Positions 24,086-36,660 of a DNA stretch of 64,000 bases are shown here, one piece after another. The stretch is taken from contig CATNEN010000029.1 of the NCBI GenBank assembly GCA_950097015.1, positions 7,316,001 through 7,380,000 on the forward strand. The letters are read 5' to 3'. The number at the start of each line of letters is the position of its first letter. Position 1 is the first letter of the stretch. Position numbers and translations under genes: made by a program. The notes below the pieces were generated by a model. That model was given only the letters and a program-made list of their open reading frames with translations. It ran no database searches and was not told the DNA's origin. The stretch is from Macrostomum hystrix (taxonomy: Eukaryota > Animalia > Platyhelminthes).

Positions 24086-25980
24086 GCTTATAAATTATAG
24101 TGCAGCTGGACGTCCAGCCATGACTTGCAAAATATTGTAAATCTTAGGCGAAACAAAGGGCAACATTGCCCCTTCTGCTTCTTACCTAATGAGATTGTAT
24201 CAAGCCGTTAAATATTACGCTATTGTTTAACTTATAATCTAGAAATCTAGAAATAATCTAGAAACTTTTTTGATCCTCTGAATTTCAGTACAACTACACA
24301 TTTCTGTAACTACTGAAAAGTAAGACCTTAATATAACCACTAGATGATCAATTGGAAGAATACAAGCAAAGCAAGACAATGAGTTCACACTAATTAGATG
24401 ATATTTTAATATTCAAATTAAAATACGCGAAAGTTCGAATGTCAAATTTGTGCGCATACGGCTACTGTACATCTGATACCAAAACTACACAATTTCAAGA
24501 CGAGAATGTAAAGACTAATTATTCGGTTATTCTACTTAACCATTCAGCTTCAATCTTTTTACTTTATTTCGACATTTAGTCTGTTTAGCTTTTGTTTTAT
24601 TAAATTGGTTAAAATGAACTTAAACTGCAGTTTAAGTTTAGTTTAAGTCATTTTAAGCTACTCGAACGCACCCAGTTAGATTTTTGCTTTCCATGAAACT
24701 TTAGAATAGGGCCTATTGCTTGTTAAAATGCAATTTTCTATCTGAGTGCTGTGTTAATTTAATTAGATGGCAATATATACAGACATAGCATTAGAACCAA
24801 AGTTATATTTGTAGTTCTTTTTTCCTTTTTACGTATTTTCTTAATAGGCTTAATATATTATCTGGTTGCTGAGTCCAACAGGGTAGGGACTGGCTAATTT
24901 GTAGTAAGCCTAACTAAAATAACTCAACACCTAAAACCATCCTTCACACAGCACAACATTAAAGCCATGCTGATTGCTGACAAAGAGGGCTCAAGAAGAA
25001 CTGCATTTGAGCTCAAATTAGCTAGCTAAGTATGAGCAGCAAACCCATTTAGGGCTTTAGGTCTACTAGAAAACCTATTGTATCTGAAATTGTATTGTAT
25101 CTGCAAAGAATGATAGGACTAGGCCCCTAAGGACTTAGAAATTCACACATTAAAGAACTTTACTATCTAGATTAATAGAGTTTTGGTCGCTTTGGTGACA
25201 ACTTATTTTGGCAATGATTGTAAAAGCAGTATTGTTACAACTAATTCATATTTTATAAAAATGTTAATGTAAAAATTAAAGTATGAATATATTTCTCTAT
25301 TTGTCTATTAATATAAAAACACACAGTGTAGCAGTAGACCCTTAGCTGCACTTTAATCAATTGAGATTACAGCGTATAGGTATGTAGATTATAACAAAAT
25401 TATATAAATATAAATTTGGCACAGTCCACAGTGGCACTATTAGACTCTAAATGTGTATATATTAATGCTCTTTTTTTCACACTATGAGCATAGTACAATT
25501 ATTTGTTAGTAATAGGCATTTTTACTTGACTAAGTGTATTTATAGTTAAAGAAGTATAGTTAAGGAAGCTTAATTCCCTATCTTTCTGAACCAGAGCATT
25601 GTTTCCAATGTACCACACTCATTTACAAAAAACGATAAAATAAAAGATAATAAATGCATTACAACAAAATATGACACACTTATGCTTGTTTGTCTCACTG
25701 TAAGGGGTAGCTAAATTAGAGCAGTGTGGGCTGAGAACCACTGTGGCTGACCCAGTGAAGTGAGGGTGGTGCACACAAATGTGGGCAGAGAAGTAGATAG
25801 ACTAAACTATAGCCCTTAAAATATATTTTTTAATTGTGTAGAATTCAGTTTTGATATAGACCTTCAGAACCAGAACTTTTTTGCAAGTTTGTTTAAAGTT
25901 TGCAGTCTGTAAGCACTGTAAGTCTGTTTGCTGCTGTTTTCGCTTGTTAATATCAGCTTGTAAATTCCTCTGTCCTGCAG

Positions 25981-27047
25981 CCATTGCCGGGCCACAGTGA
26001 GGCAGGCAACGCCGAGCGAATTCGTCGGGCTACAGTCATCGGCGACCTTCCCGGACTTCGGCGACTCACAGGCGGCCGGCTGGATACTCTCCGTCAGGCC
26101 ACAGACAGCCATGGCAATAGCCTCTTGCACTGCGCCGGCCATGCCGACATTGTCGAGTACCTGCTGAACTGCGGCATGTCTCCCGCCGCTGTGAACTGCT
26201 TCGGCGATCGGCCGATTGACCTGGCCAGGTTGGTGTGCTCGGCCTGCTTAATCCATTATCATCTAATAGATAACAGACACAATTTCCCATATCCTTTTGC
26301 TTTGTTTGATCCTGAATATCCATAATCCTTTGCTTTTGTCCTAGATATCCTCAAATCTTTTATTTTGATCCATCATTTTGATCCCAGATATCCCCTGATC
26401 CATCATTTTGATCCCAGATATCCCCTGATCCATCATTTCGTTCCCAAATATCCCCTGATCAATTGTTTCGATCCCAGATATCCCCGATTCCTCACTTTGA
26501 TCCCAGATATCCCCTGATCCATCATTTCGTTCCCAAATATCCCCTGATCAATTGTTTCAATCCCAGATATCCCCGATTCCTCATTTTGATCTCAGATATC
26601 CCCTGATCCATCATTTCGTTCCCAAATATCCCCTGATCAATTGTTTCAATCCCAGATATCCCCGATTCCTCATTTTGGTCCAGAAATCCCCGGGTCATTT
26701 ATTTTGATCCGAGATTCTAGATTTCATTGCAATAAACCAATCCCAGGCGCAAGGGCCTATCCGAGGATGTGCTGCAGCGGTTAGCGAAAGCGACAACCGA
26801 GGCGGAAGCCAGTAGTGGCGCTGCCGGCGGCGGTGTGGGCTCTTCCGAGTGGCGCCGCTTCAGCGCCGCCCTGGGCCCGCTCCGTCTGGCGGGGCTGGCC
26901 TGCCTGCTGCTGCTGCTGGCGGGCCTGGCCGCCTTCCTGCTGGCCAATTCGTCCGCCTCGCTCACCCAGCTGGACGATCAGCTGATTGACATGGACTTTC
27001 CCGATGACTCGCCGCTATTCGATGCCGACTATATGGACTATGTGTGA
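25981..27047 (+). CDS. ANKRD46: ANKRD46-like ankyrin-repeat protein with C-terminal transmembrane helix; start exon uncertain
   Basis: Exons 25981-26228 and 26747-27047 are in phase. ATDSHGNSLLHCAGHADIVEYLLNCG...IDLARRKGLSEDVLQRL resembles recalled ANKRD46 ATDYQGNTALHLCGHVDTIQFLVSNG...LVLAKRRGVNKDVIRLL; WRRFSAALGPLRL+TM resembles WQEFVEDLGFWRV+TM. Candidate first exon 24439-24507 (ATG...AAT|gtaaag, phase 0). Confidence 0.75.
26335..26715. repeat. ~30-bp intronic minisatellite (GATCCCAGATATCCCCTGATCCATCATTTT)
   Basis: About 12 degenerate copies inside intron 26229-26746. Confidence 0.9.
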
Positions 27048-28107
27048 ATTTTTATTATTGCTTTATCTCAATTTTCTCAAAGCCATTGTCCATAAAATGG
27101 ACTTTAGAATCCTGTCACAAGGGAAATTTTGAATCCAGTTTTATGTCTCATTCGAGGGACTTGAGAGATTCTTAAGTTATTGTTTCTTAATATGGGATTT
27201 TCAGTTCTTAGCAGGGGATTCTTGTACCATATCCTGCAATTGTACTTTTTTCATGTTTGCTCAAACGTTATTTTTAGCCTCGACTTCTCAAGCAAGTGTT
27301 TTGTCCTAGTTTCTAAAATTAATGTCCTAATTCTTCTGATGTCACTTTAACTCTGCTAGTTTCTTGGGATTTTCAATCCGGATTAGCCAACAATAGAATT
27401 CTTATATTCGATGTCCTCAAGTAGCTCGTAGTACTAGAATCCCAGCTCCTCAAGCGCAAGTTTTTATTACCCAAATTTTAACCGCCCGTCAGTTCTTTCT
27501 TAATTTTGGTCTCAAAGTCAAACTCATTGTGTTGCTTTTCAGCTAATAAGCTAAACTAACTACTTACAAAGCATTGTGAGTAGTTTGTACGAGTATTTGG
27601 CAGCGATTTTATATTGCCTTTGCAACCATGTTTTTGTGTTTGAAATTCTCACTGAATTCTAGCCTAGCAACCTCCGTCATTGCCTATCGATTCAAGCCTG
27701 TGTTTTTTTGTCCATATATTTGTAGTTTACTCTCTTTTTACATGTCCTTAGGTCACTCCGAGTGTGATTCGATCGTTTTTAGTCAATAATTGTCTTGTTA
27801 ATTTAATTATTTATGCTTGTCAGCATTGTTTCATCATGCACTGTCTGATTTTTCGCTAATACGTTTTGATTCAATTTTATCATATTTCTTAATCCATTAA
27901 AATTAGCTTCCATTTCTGACTTCGCTTCGTGCAAAGAAATTGCACTTTAATGGTTATATAAATGCTTTCATATTCCTTGTTGCTCTGCTTTGTTTCTCTC
28001 CATTTAGTTTCATTTTTTAATTAACAGGTTTTGGGGTTGTCTCTAAGCGTGTGGTGAATCACCTCTGGTTCAATTGGGCCCTTATAGCCCTTTCTGTATT
28101 TTGACGT

Positions 28108-28372
28108 CTAGAGATTCGACTATATATCCAGAGATTTGACTACACATCTAGAGATTCGACTATACATCTAGAGATTCGTCTATACATCTAGAGATTCGAC
28201 TAACTATCTTGACATTCGACTATACGTCTAGAGATTCCACAATACATCTGGGGTTCGACTATCCAGAGATTCGACTAACTATCTAGAGATGATCGTCTAT
28301 GCATCTTGAGATTCGACTTGCCCCTAATTTCGACGCCCACATTTCCGACAACACATCTATAGATTCGACTAG
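28108..28372. repeat. ~20-bp degenerate minisatellite (CTAGAGATTCGACTATACAT)
   Basis: Recurrent GAGATTCGACTA about every 20 bp. Confidence 0.85.
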
Positions 28373-29307
28373 GCACTATGGGATATTCCTATCTGTCAAT
28401 GGCAACATTACAAAACTCGTGAAGTCACGTGATGTTTGTGGCCAGTACATAGCGCTGCTAGTTCCGTGCTATTTATAGCGCAAGGCGTCAAGGACGCGCA
28501 TCAGGCGGCACTTGCGTGACAAAGATAAGATCTCATTTAATTGCGCATCTGCTACTGTCGGCCCGGTTTAACATTGGCGAGTAGAATGTAAAATATTGTT
28601 TACGGTAAGTATTGCATCTCAAATGGATTATCTTAGTGTCTAAAGCAAAGAAAACTGAAAAAACGATCAGCCATCGGGCGCCGAACTAAAGGACGAGGAC
28701 AGATGATGAAGCCGATTCGGTCAAGCAGAAGATCGCGTCCTCATCCTCACTTCTCATTCGGTTTGCTCAGCTGGCAAGTGAAGGCTGCATCAGTGCTGCG
28801 TCAGTACTCAAGTCTGCCAACCTACCCCCCATCTCCAGCCCTCATCTAGGGGCTGGCACAGTCCTGTCTAGCTCGGCTGTTGGCCTCTTATTCCTTGCTT
28901 AACATTAGATAGACCACGCTATTTTCCCCCTGCGAAAAAAACATGAGAGTATTTGGTCCAGTCCTTGCTAGCCATGAGCAGTCAATCACAACTCAGTTAT
29001 TTTGGGAGCCTTTGTGTGTATGTAGATTTTAATTATAGCGGCTAGGTCCTTGTCATTTGAGGCTTCGATTTCCGAGTCCCGCAAGCAAAAACGGTGTATG
29101 TGTGATCCTGTTATTTTAAACTATGCTTGCGAGCGTACATGCTGATGCCAGTGTCAACTAGCAGATTTGATTGTGATTTTCGTAAGACACAGTCACAAAC
29201 ACACACACGCAAACATACAAATTTGACTAGACAACCTTCAGATTCGACCACAGAGATTCGACTTGACACCTGTGCATTTTATCAATTAAACAGGCCACCA
29301 GACACCA

Positions 29308-29960
29308 ACAAGAGATTCCACTAGACATCTAAACAGTCTACCAGACACCCAGAGATTTCACTAGACATCTGATCTAAAAAGTCTACCAGACACCAAGAGA
29401 TTTCACTAGATATCTAAACAGTCTACCAGACACCCAGAGATTTCACTAGACATCTAAACAGTCTACCAGACACCCAGAGATTTCACTAGACATCTAAACA
29501 GTCTACCAGACACCAAGAGATTTCACTGGACATCTAAACAGTCTACCAGACACCAAGAGATTTCACTAGACATCTAAACAGTCTACCAGACACCAAGAGA
29601 TTTCACTAGACATCTAAACAGTCTACCAGACACCAAGAGATTTCACTAGACATCTAAACAGTCTACCAGACACAAAGAGATTCCACTAGACATCTAAACA
29701 GTCTACCAGACACAAAGAGATTCCACTAGACATCTAAACAGTCTACCAGACACCAAGAGATTCCACTAGACATCATAACAGTCTACCAGACACCAAGAGA
29801 TTTCACTAGACATCTAAACAGTCTACCAGACACCCAGAGATTTCACTAGACATCTAAACAGTCTACCAGACACCCAGAGATTTCACTAGACATCTAAACA
29901 GTCTACCAGACACAAAGAGATTCCACTAGACATCTAACTTAAGCAGTCTACCAGACACCC
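29308..29960. repeat. 40-bp minisatellite (CACTAGACATCTAAACAGTCTACCAGACACCAAGAGATTT), ~16 copies
   Basis: Near-perfect tandem copies. Confidence 0.95.
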
Positions 29961-30420
29961 TGGAATTCAGCCAGACTGCTAAACAGTCGGCGGGGCACTT
30001 AAATAATCGACCCGATATGCATACAATCTCTCTACATACACTAAATTTTCGTTACAAGAATCGATACTGTCGAAAGAAAACCGACCAGAAAAATAGGAAA
30101 TATACTTGCAGCAAGGGTTTGTAATTTATACTATCTCACAATTCTAGACTTAGATATTCAACTCCTTGACCTAAATTGATTTCAATAGTAAGCTAATTTG
30201 GTCTGAGGGAAGGCCATATAGATTATTAGATTATTTCTTGCAAGTAGAATCAGATTTTTTGGCGAAAATGCTTGACAAAGAATGAGTGGCCTGTGACAAC
30301 TCGATTTCTAAGGTTTACAGAAGACTTTTTGTGAGTGCCTATTACAAACTTCAGAACAGAACACACGATTGTACGTTACTTATTTTATTGATAACTAATT
30401 TAAATGCCTAATTTTCCCAT

Positions 30421-30715
30421 TGTTGTGGCCTAGTGGAAAGAGTATCGGACTCACAACCTGAAGGTCGAAGGTTCGATTCTCGACTCGATCGGAAAAATTG
30501 TGTCCCTAAGCAAGACACTTAACTCTTGATTGCTTCAATTCACCCATCTGTTAAATGCGTACCAGCATTAGCTGGGGAAATTGATGGTGGGTTTGGCATT
30601 TTCCAGTCCATGGACTGGACAGCCGTACGCAGCCTTCAGATGCGCGCCCTGTGTCCTGGGCGCCCTCGCCAGTAAAGTGCAAATAAAGTCCCGGTATTTA
30701 GCACACGCCAAATTT
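30421..30715 (+). mobile_element. SINE family A, near full length (tRNA-derived head with A/B boxes, CORE-like centre)
   Basis: A-box TGGCCTAGTGG, B-box GGTTCGATTC, body TGTGTCCCTAAGCAAGACACTTAACTC...TGCTTCAATTCACCCATCTGTTAAATG; several diverged copies elsewhere in the window. Confidence 0.8.
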
Positions 30716-30744
30716 GATAAAATCAAAATTGAACCTAGCCCAGA

Positions 30745-30905
30745 ACAGCCCAGTGCTCAGTGCATAGAAGTTCAGTCCGTGGACTGGAAAGGGCTTGGAG
30801 AATTAAATAACTAGATGAAGTGAAGCAGTATTTAGTAAAGATTCTTGCTCCAAGACACAATTAGTTTTTCTTGGGCTAAGATTCGAACTCCCAAGCTCTC
30901 TAACA
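30745..30905 (-). mobile_element. SINE family A copy, inverted tail-to-tail with 30421-30715
   Basis: Reverse complement has GAGTTCGAATC...AATTGTGTCTTGGAGCAAGA...TGCTTCACTTCATC...CCAGTCCACGGACTG. Confidence 0.7.
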
Positions 30906-31971
30906 AATGGACTGCAAGCACAAGTTAAACAGGGGGGTTAGAACATTGTGTACAGAGATTTTAAATTGAAAGGACTCTGCTATTCCCCCCGGTGGGGAAA
31001 GATTACGGGGTATTTCAAATACCTACTCATGCCTACTTCACTATAGGAATGACCGATTTTCATGAAACATCATCTGAATCTAAATTTTCCGCCCTAACTT
31101 TCAAAACCGTCCGACGTCAGCATCGTCGGGATATTCAGGGATTCTTGTCGAAGATCCTGGTGAAAAGGACGGCTAACATTGCTCTGTATGAACATTTATG
31201 GTGAATCCATATTTTTTCAATAATATAATTAAATATATAATCAATACAATATAATAAACAATATAATAAACAACAATAATAAACAAGAATTCCAACGATG
31301 CTTACCTAAAAACATGATTTGAGGCAACCGTCTTTCGTTAACAGCATCTGCCTTATGAGTTGAAGCATAATTTGCAAACACATCTTGCCTGTCACAGTGT
31401 TTATTTCGCGAAGTCAATTTTAGATTGTAGGGAACAGTAAAGGCCTAAAATATTTTGTTGTTAACAACAGAAAAATTGTTAGAACTTGCGTTATTGTCTC
31501 TATGGTTGGAGACAAGCTAAATATGTATGTACACAAGTTAACAGATCAGAAAGCTGTATAGTAAATATGTCTTAGTGTGAGCCATGCAGTGTCTGCAAAT
31601 ATTCATATTTGTACGCAAAATAGTGCACTGCATAAAATTGTCAGATTAATAATTAGTCTAGCATTTGCAGCTATTTAACCCGAACGATCGATAAAACTTC
31701 AGGTAACCAACAAAGATTTAGAATTATTCCGTTCAATTTGATTTCTTTGCTATGCAAGTAACACACTTGTACAGAATACTTAATTAATAGAGAACGCAGC
31801 AGACTATTGTTCAGCTTCTAGTGACTTTCGATCAATTGGGCATTATGGATTTTCTTCCTGTTCCAGTTTGTATTGACAAATCTTTAGCTATCTTGCACGT
31901 AGCTATTATCAGATAGGCAAAAGTCCAGAGAGCATTCCCAATTATCATCCTTCAGTCATTTCAGTCATGCT

Positions 31972-32634
31972 TCAGGCACTCTCCTTGTCCTTCTTATCCT
32001 TATCCTTTTTATCCTTGTCCTTCTTCTCCTTATCCTTCTTTTCCTTCTTGTTCGGACAGATGATGACGGGGCAGTTGGCATTGTGAAGCAGATGGTCGCT
32101 GACTGAGCCTAGGAATGTGCGCTTAATCTTGCCGAGACCGCGCGAGCCAATCACAACGCAGTTGACGTCAGACTCATGAATGTACTTTACTAGGGTCTCG
32201 CCCGGCTTTGTGCCGATGAGCTCCTGGAACTGAGCCGCGGCGGCTGGCAGTCCAAGCTGTTTGAGCTGCCCAAAGAACTTAGCCTTGAGCCTGCCCGCCT
32301 CCTTCAGGCCCTCGTTATAGGCCTTGTTGCCCTCCTGGACAAACGAGGAGCCGCTCTGACCGTCGGCTGGCGAGTACTGCGGCGGCTCCAGGACGAATGC
32401 CAGCACGGCGATGTCACCGTGTCTGTACAGGTTGCCCAGGAACCAGTGGAAGGCGCGCTCGCTGTGCTGCGAGCCGTCAACTGGCAGCAGGACTCGCCTA
32501 GGCCCGCTCTGATCAGCCAGTTTGAGCATGCTCATCTCCGATGTGATGCTACTCTTGCGATAGTCCGGCTGCTGATCCTGCGCCTTCTTGGAGTCTGAAC
32601 TGCCGCTGTCACCGACTGCCGCCGCCTCTGCCAT
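31972..32634 (-). CDS. Universal stress protein (UspA domain), intronless, with Lys/Asp-rich tail
   Basis: 220-aa ORF with RRVLLPVDGSQHSERAF at the N-terminus and the ATP-binding-type motif IGSRGLGKIKRTFLGSVSDHLLHNANCPVIICP. Confidence 0.93.
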   Translation of the reverse strand: MAEAAAVGDSGSSDSKKAQDQQPDYRKSSITSEMSMLKLADQSGPRRVLLPVDGSQHSERAFHWFLGNLYRHGDIAVLAFVLEPPQYSPADGQSGSSFVQEGNKAYNEGLKEAGRLKAKFFGQLKQLGLPAAAAQFQELIGTKPGETLVKYIHESDVNCVVIGSRGLGKIKRTFLGSVSDHLLHNANCPVIICPNKKEKKDKEKKDKDKKDKDKKDKESA

Positions 32635-32687
32635 GGCTGGGTGGAGTTTTGACGGATATTGATTCAGAGTTAATAAGACTTTTTAAC

Positions 32688-33161
32688 TCCCACCTGTTAG
32701 AGCCTATCTAACAGGTGGGAGCCTTATCTAACAGGTGGGAGCCTTATCTAACAGGCGAGAGCCTTATCTAACAGGCGGGAGCCTTATCAGACAGGTGGGA
32801 GCCTTATCTGACAGGTGGGAGCCTATCTAAGTGGGAGCCTTATCTAACAGGCGAGAGCCTTATCTAACAGGTGGGAGCCTTATCTAACAGATGGGAGCCT
32901 ATCTAACAGGTGAGGAACTGTAAGAACAGGTCATGAACTGTTAGAACAGGTGAGGAACTGTTAGAACAGATGAGGAACTGTTAGAACAGGTGAGGAACTG
33001 TTAGATCAGGCGAGGAACTGTTAGAACAGGTGAGGAACTGTTAGAACAGGTGAGGAACTGTTAGATCAGGCGAGGAACTGTTAGAACAGATGAGGAACTG
33101 TTAGAAGAACAGATGAGGAACTGTTAGAAGAACAGGTGAGGAACTGTTAGATCAGGCGAGG
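32688..33161. repeat. Two abutting ~20-bp minisatellites (GCCTTATCTAACAGGTGGGA; AGGAACTGTTAGAACAGGTG)
   Basis: Directly upstream of the USP start; both units contain AACAGGTG. Confidence 0.9.
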
Positions 33162-33766
33162 AAAATTTGATCTTCTTGACTGGCAGATGAAAGGCGAGCA
33201 GATAAATCAAAATTATTACATATTTTAATTTCGAAATGTATATTGGTTCCAGGAAATGTATAGTTTCGTATTCCAATAAAGAGATTCCATGAACAGATAA
33301 TTTCGAAGGGGTATAAACTGGGCTCGTCTACATAAAAGGGCCATCATGCAGAAGATTTGATTTCTAGGCCAACGACTAAATATCTAATGAAAAACTAAAT
33401 ATACTATCTAGCTATTAGCCATGCCTATTAGCGCTGCTAAATAAAAGATAGGCTAAAATAGACAGACGAACTTAGAGAAAGAGATTTTAAGCTTCATATA
33501 ATATTTATAGTTGCTAATTTGGTCTACACAGTTCTCTCTTGTCAACATCTGCTTCTGCTGCAAAATGTCTTATGAATATCTTTAATTAAGCCAAGGCTGA
33601 CCGCGTCAGAAAAAAGAACGAATCAGATGAGAAATAATAATTAATTAATTCCAATTTGCATCCACTTGTTATAATTAATTCGGTGTTGAGTCTATTACGA
33701 AATTAATTATTATATTCTTCACACACAGTCTTATACTAACTATTGTACACAGCTAGTTCTGAACGC

Positions 33767-33767
<1 letters not shown>

Positions 33768-33802
<35 letters not shown>

Positions 33803-33917
33803 TATATTTAATATAATAATAGAAATATTAATAAATAAATAAAATAATAAAAGTAAATATATTAATAATAATAATATAATAATAATAATAATAATAATAA
33901 ATTAGAATAATAATAAG
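33768..33917. repeat. (AAT)n microsatellite / AT-rich low complexity
   Basis: Runs of AATAATAAT. Confidence 0.9.
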
Positions 33918-34449
33918 CTAATTTAAGCTTGTACTCGTATAGGCAATTCATTATTCATAAATCTGCAGTTTGCTATTGTGAGATCGGAGAGACTAATTCT
34001 TACTGCCAAGTTTAGGCATAGGGAATATTAATTTTCTCCGAGACGTATGTAAATCAGTCAGCCTATCATTCATCCAACTCACATATCGATACATGCTAAA
34101 TATTGATCACTTCAGTCAGGCAGCTGCGAATAGTTCCCATTTATAACTGGCAGTGAGGGATTGGGATAGAAAGAGCTAGGGATAGCTAGCCAACTCTTGT
34201 TACTATAGGCTTTGGTTGTGCCAGCTAAACTAGGCTAGAACTCTGGACACACTCATATTTTGCGTGTTAATCTAAGTATCCAAGGCAGGCGAGCCACATA
34301 GCTCGTATACTATGATGTATGACGGATGGCTGGTCGAGACACCAGCTTTTACAGCCTGGGTATAGAATTTCTTTTTATTTTTAGAATATCCTGATGAATG
34401 CCTAGGTGGATGAACTCGCTTCTCAAATATATGTTCTCCATTTTGATCT

Positions 34450-35390
34450 ATCTTCTCTTCTCCACTCTACTCTCTCTTCTTCCATTTATTCTCTCTTCTT
34501 CAATCTATTCTCTTTTCACCAATCTACACTCTCTCCTCTCCACTCTACTCTCTCTTCTCCAATCTATTCTCTCTCTTCTCTCTTCTCTACTTTCTCTCTT
34601 CTCCAATCTACTTCCTCTCTTCTCCAATCTACTTCCTCTCTTCTCCAATCTACTTTCTCTCTTCTCTAATCTACTCTCTTTCTTCTCCAATCTACTCTCT
34701 TTCTTCTCCAATCTACTCTCTTTCTTCTCCAATCTACTCTCCTCTCAACCTACTCTCTCTTCTCCAATCTACTTTCTCTCTTCTCCACTCTACTTTCTCT
34801 TTTCTCCAATCTCCAATCTCCTCTCTTCTCTACCTTCTCTCTTCTCCAATCTACTTTCTCTCTTCTCCACTCTACCTTCTATTTTCTCCTCTCTCTCCTC
34901 TCCACCTACTCTCTCTCTCTTTTCTCCAATCTAATCTCTATCTTCTCCAATCTAATAATTTTCTTCTCTAATCTACTCTCTCTCGGGGGTGAGTGGCAGA
35001 GCGGTTAACGCGTTTGCCTCTCGCACCACGGTCCCTAAGTTCGATTCCGCGGCGACGCCACATGCAGCCACGGAGAGAAGGCTTTGGGGCTTGTGCAATT
35101 TACGCCCTTGAGGGCCAACCTCCAAGACACAGTGAAGTGTACACTGCCTGACGATGAGAAAGTCAGGGCAGTTGTACACACCTGTGTGAGCGTATGCCTG
35201 CGTACAGTATCTGTGTGCGTGTGTGCTCAGGAGTCAGCGAAATGGGCAGAATTGCTTCCTCACTGGCTGCGGGTCTGGTGTCACTGAATGATGTGCGCAG
35301 CCCTCCTGCAATTATTATTATTATTCTACTCTCTCTCTCTTCTCAAATCTACTCTCTCTTCTCCAATCTACTCTCTCTTCTCCACTCGTC
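34450..35390. repeat. CT-rich ~21-bp minisatellite (CTACTCTCTCTTCTCCAAT), interrupted by a SINE
   Basis: Pyrimidine-rich units on both sides of 34985-35324. Confidence 0.85.
34985..35324 (+). mobile_element. SINE family B, full length, tRNA-derived, (ATT)n tail, 13-bp TSD
   Basis: A-box TGGCAGAGCGG, B-box AGTTCGATTCC, tail ATTATTATT; TSD TCTACTCTCTCTC at 34972-34984 and 35325-35337; second copy at 57055-57442. Confidence 0.88.
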
Positions 35391-36282
35391 CTTTTTACAT
35401 CTTTCATTTACTTCTATCTTAGTATTTTCTTAACTTTATTCAATTCACAATTCTCTTAAGGTAACTGAGAACTTTTTATAAATTAGAGGGACTTGAAACT
35501 TCGCTCCTCTTTCGAAATCCCATATGCTTATCCCCAAGCTTGCAGCTTCTCAAGTCAAACTTATTCCCTCCCATTCTGCTTCGCCTAACTGAAATCCTTT
35601 GAGCTCAGTAGGGACTCAAACTGACTACAAACTATAGCATTACGAAATAATATACTATTGAGGAATTGCTGAGAACTATCTCGGATGACTCACAGCATGC
35701 TCAAAGGGCTGGCTGGTATGAGCAGTGGATAACGAAGTAAAGAAGAACTCTTATAAAAGAAGAAGAACCGCCCTTGTAAAGAAAGGAGAACTAAGACAAA
35801 GTGGCCTACTTGATGTCAGCTAATTTAGAGCAAAATGAATGCAACGGCTGGAGCAAGTACTCAGACGAGTAGCAGGGAACACGCCTAACAACATGGCTCT
35901 GGCCTGTCTCCTAGAAGGACAATTAGTATGTTTCGGTTAGAGTCACCTGAGCTCCCAGATCACCGGCTCAACTTGGATAGACAAAAACTTGGCCAAGCAA
36001 AAGAAACCTAGTGAGGCCATTGAGAAGAATTGGGCGAGAACTGAGAACTGTCTTCTGATCTGCTTTTAGATGCCAGCTCACTGGGAACTCGATTCTGGCT
36101 GCACTTTTACTGCTCGAGAATGCGAACTGAGCAGCTGCCCGCGGCCAGCTATCGATAATTTCCTGGGCTTGCGTGTGTAAATAAGCTCATGTTTGTCCAT
36201 ATGCTAGACTCATTCTTGCTTACAATATAATATTAGGGCAAGCTATATTTTCCTCTGCATCTTACAAAACTTCTCAGACAGG

Positions 36283-36660
36283 AAGAGAGAGATGAGACAA
36301 GGAAAGTATGAGACAAAGAGAGATATGAGACAGGATAGAGATGTGACAATGAGAGAGATGAGATAGGAGAGGGATGAGACAGGGGAGAGACGAGACATGA
36401 GAGAGCTGAAACAAGGAGAGAGTTGAGACGTGTGAGAAATGAGACAGGAGGAGAGAGATAAGACAGAAAAGAGACAAGACAGAGGAGAGGGGATACAAAA
36501 GAGAAGGCAGGCAAGATAAGACATAAGAGAGCCGAGACAAGGATAGAGATGAGACAATGAGAGATATGAGATAGGAGAGGGACGAGACATTGGTGATATG
36601 AGACAAGGAGAGAGATGAGAAAAGGAAAGACAAGAGACAAAGGAAGAGATAAGACTAGAG
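36283..36660. repeat. GA-rich degenerate minisatellite (GAGATGAGACAAG-like)
   Basis: Purine-rich recurring GAGACA motifs; source of the Ser/Leu-rich minus-strand ORFs. Confidence 0.8.

Noticed and set aside
30421-30490. tRNA-like sequences at 30421 and 34985
   Set aside because: They lack a complete acceptor stem and continue into conserved SINE bodies; they are SINE heads, not tRNA genes.
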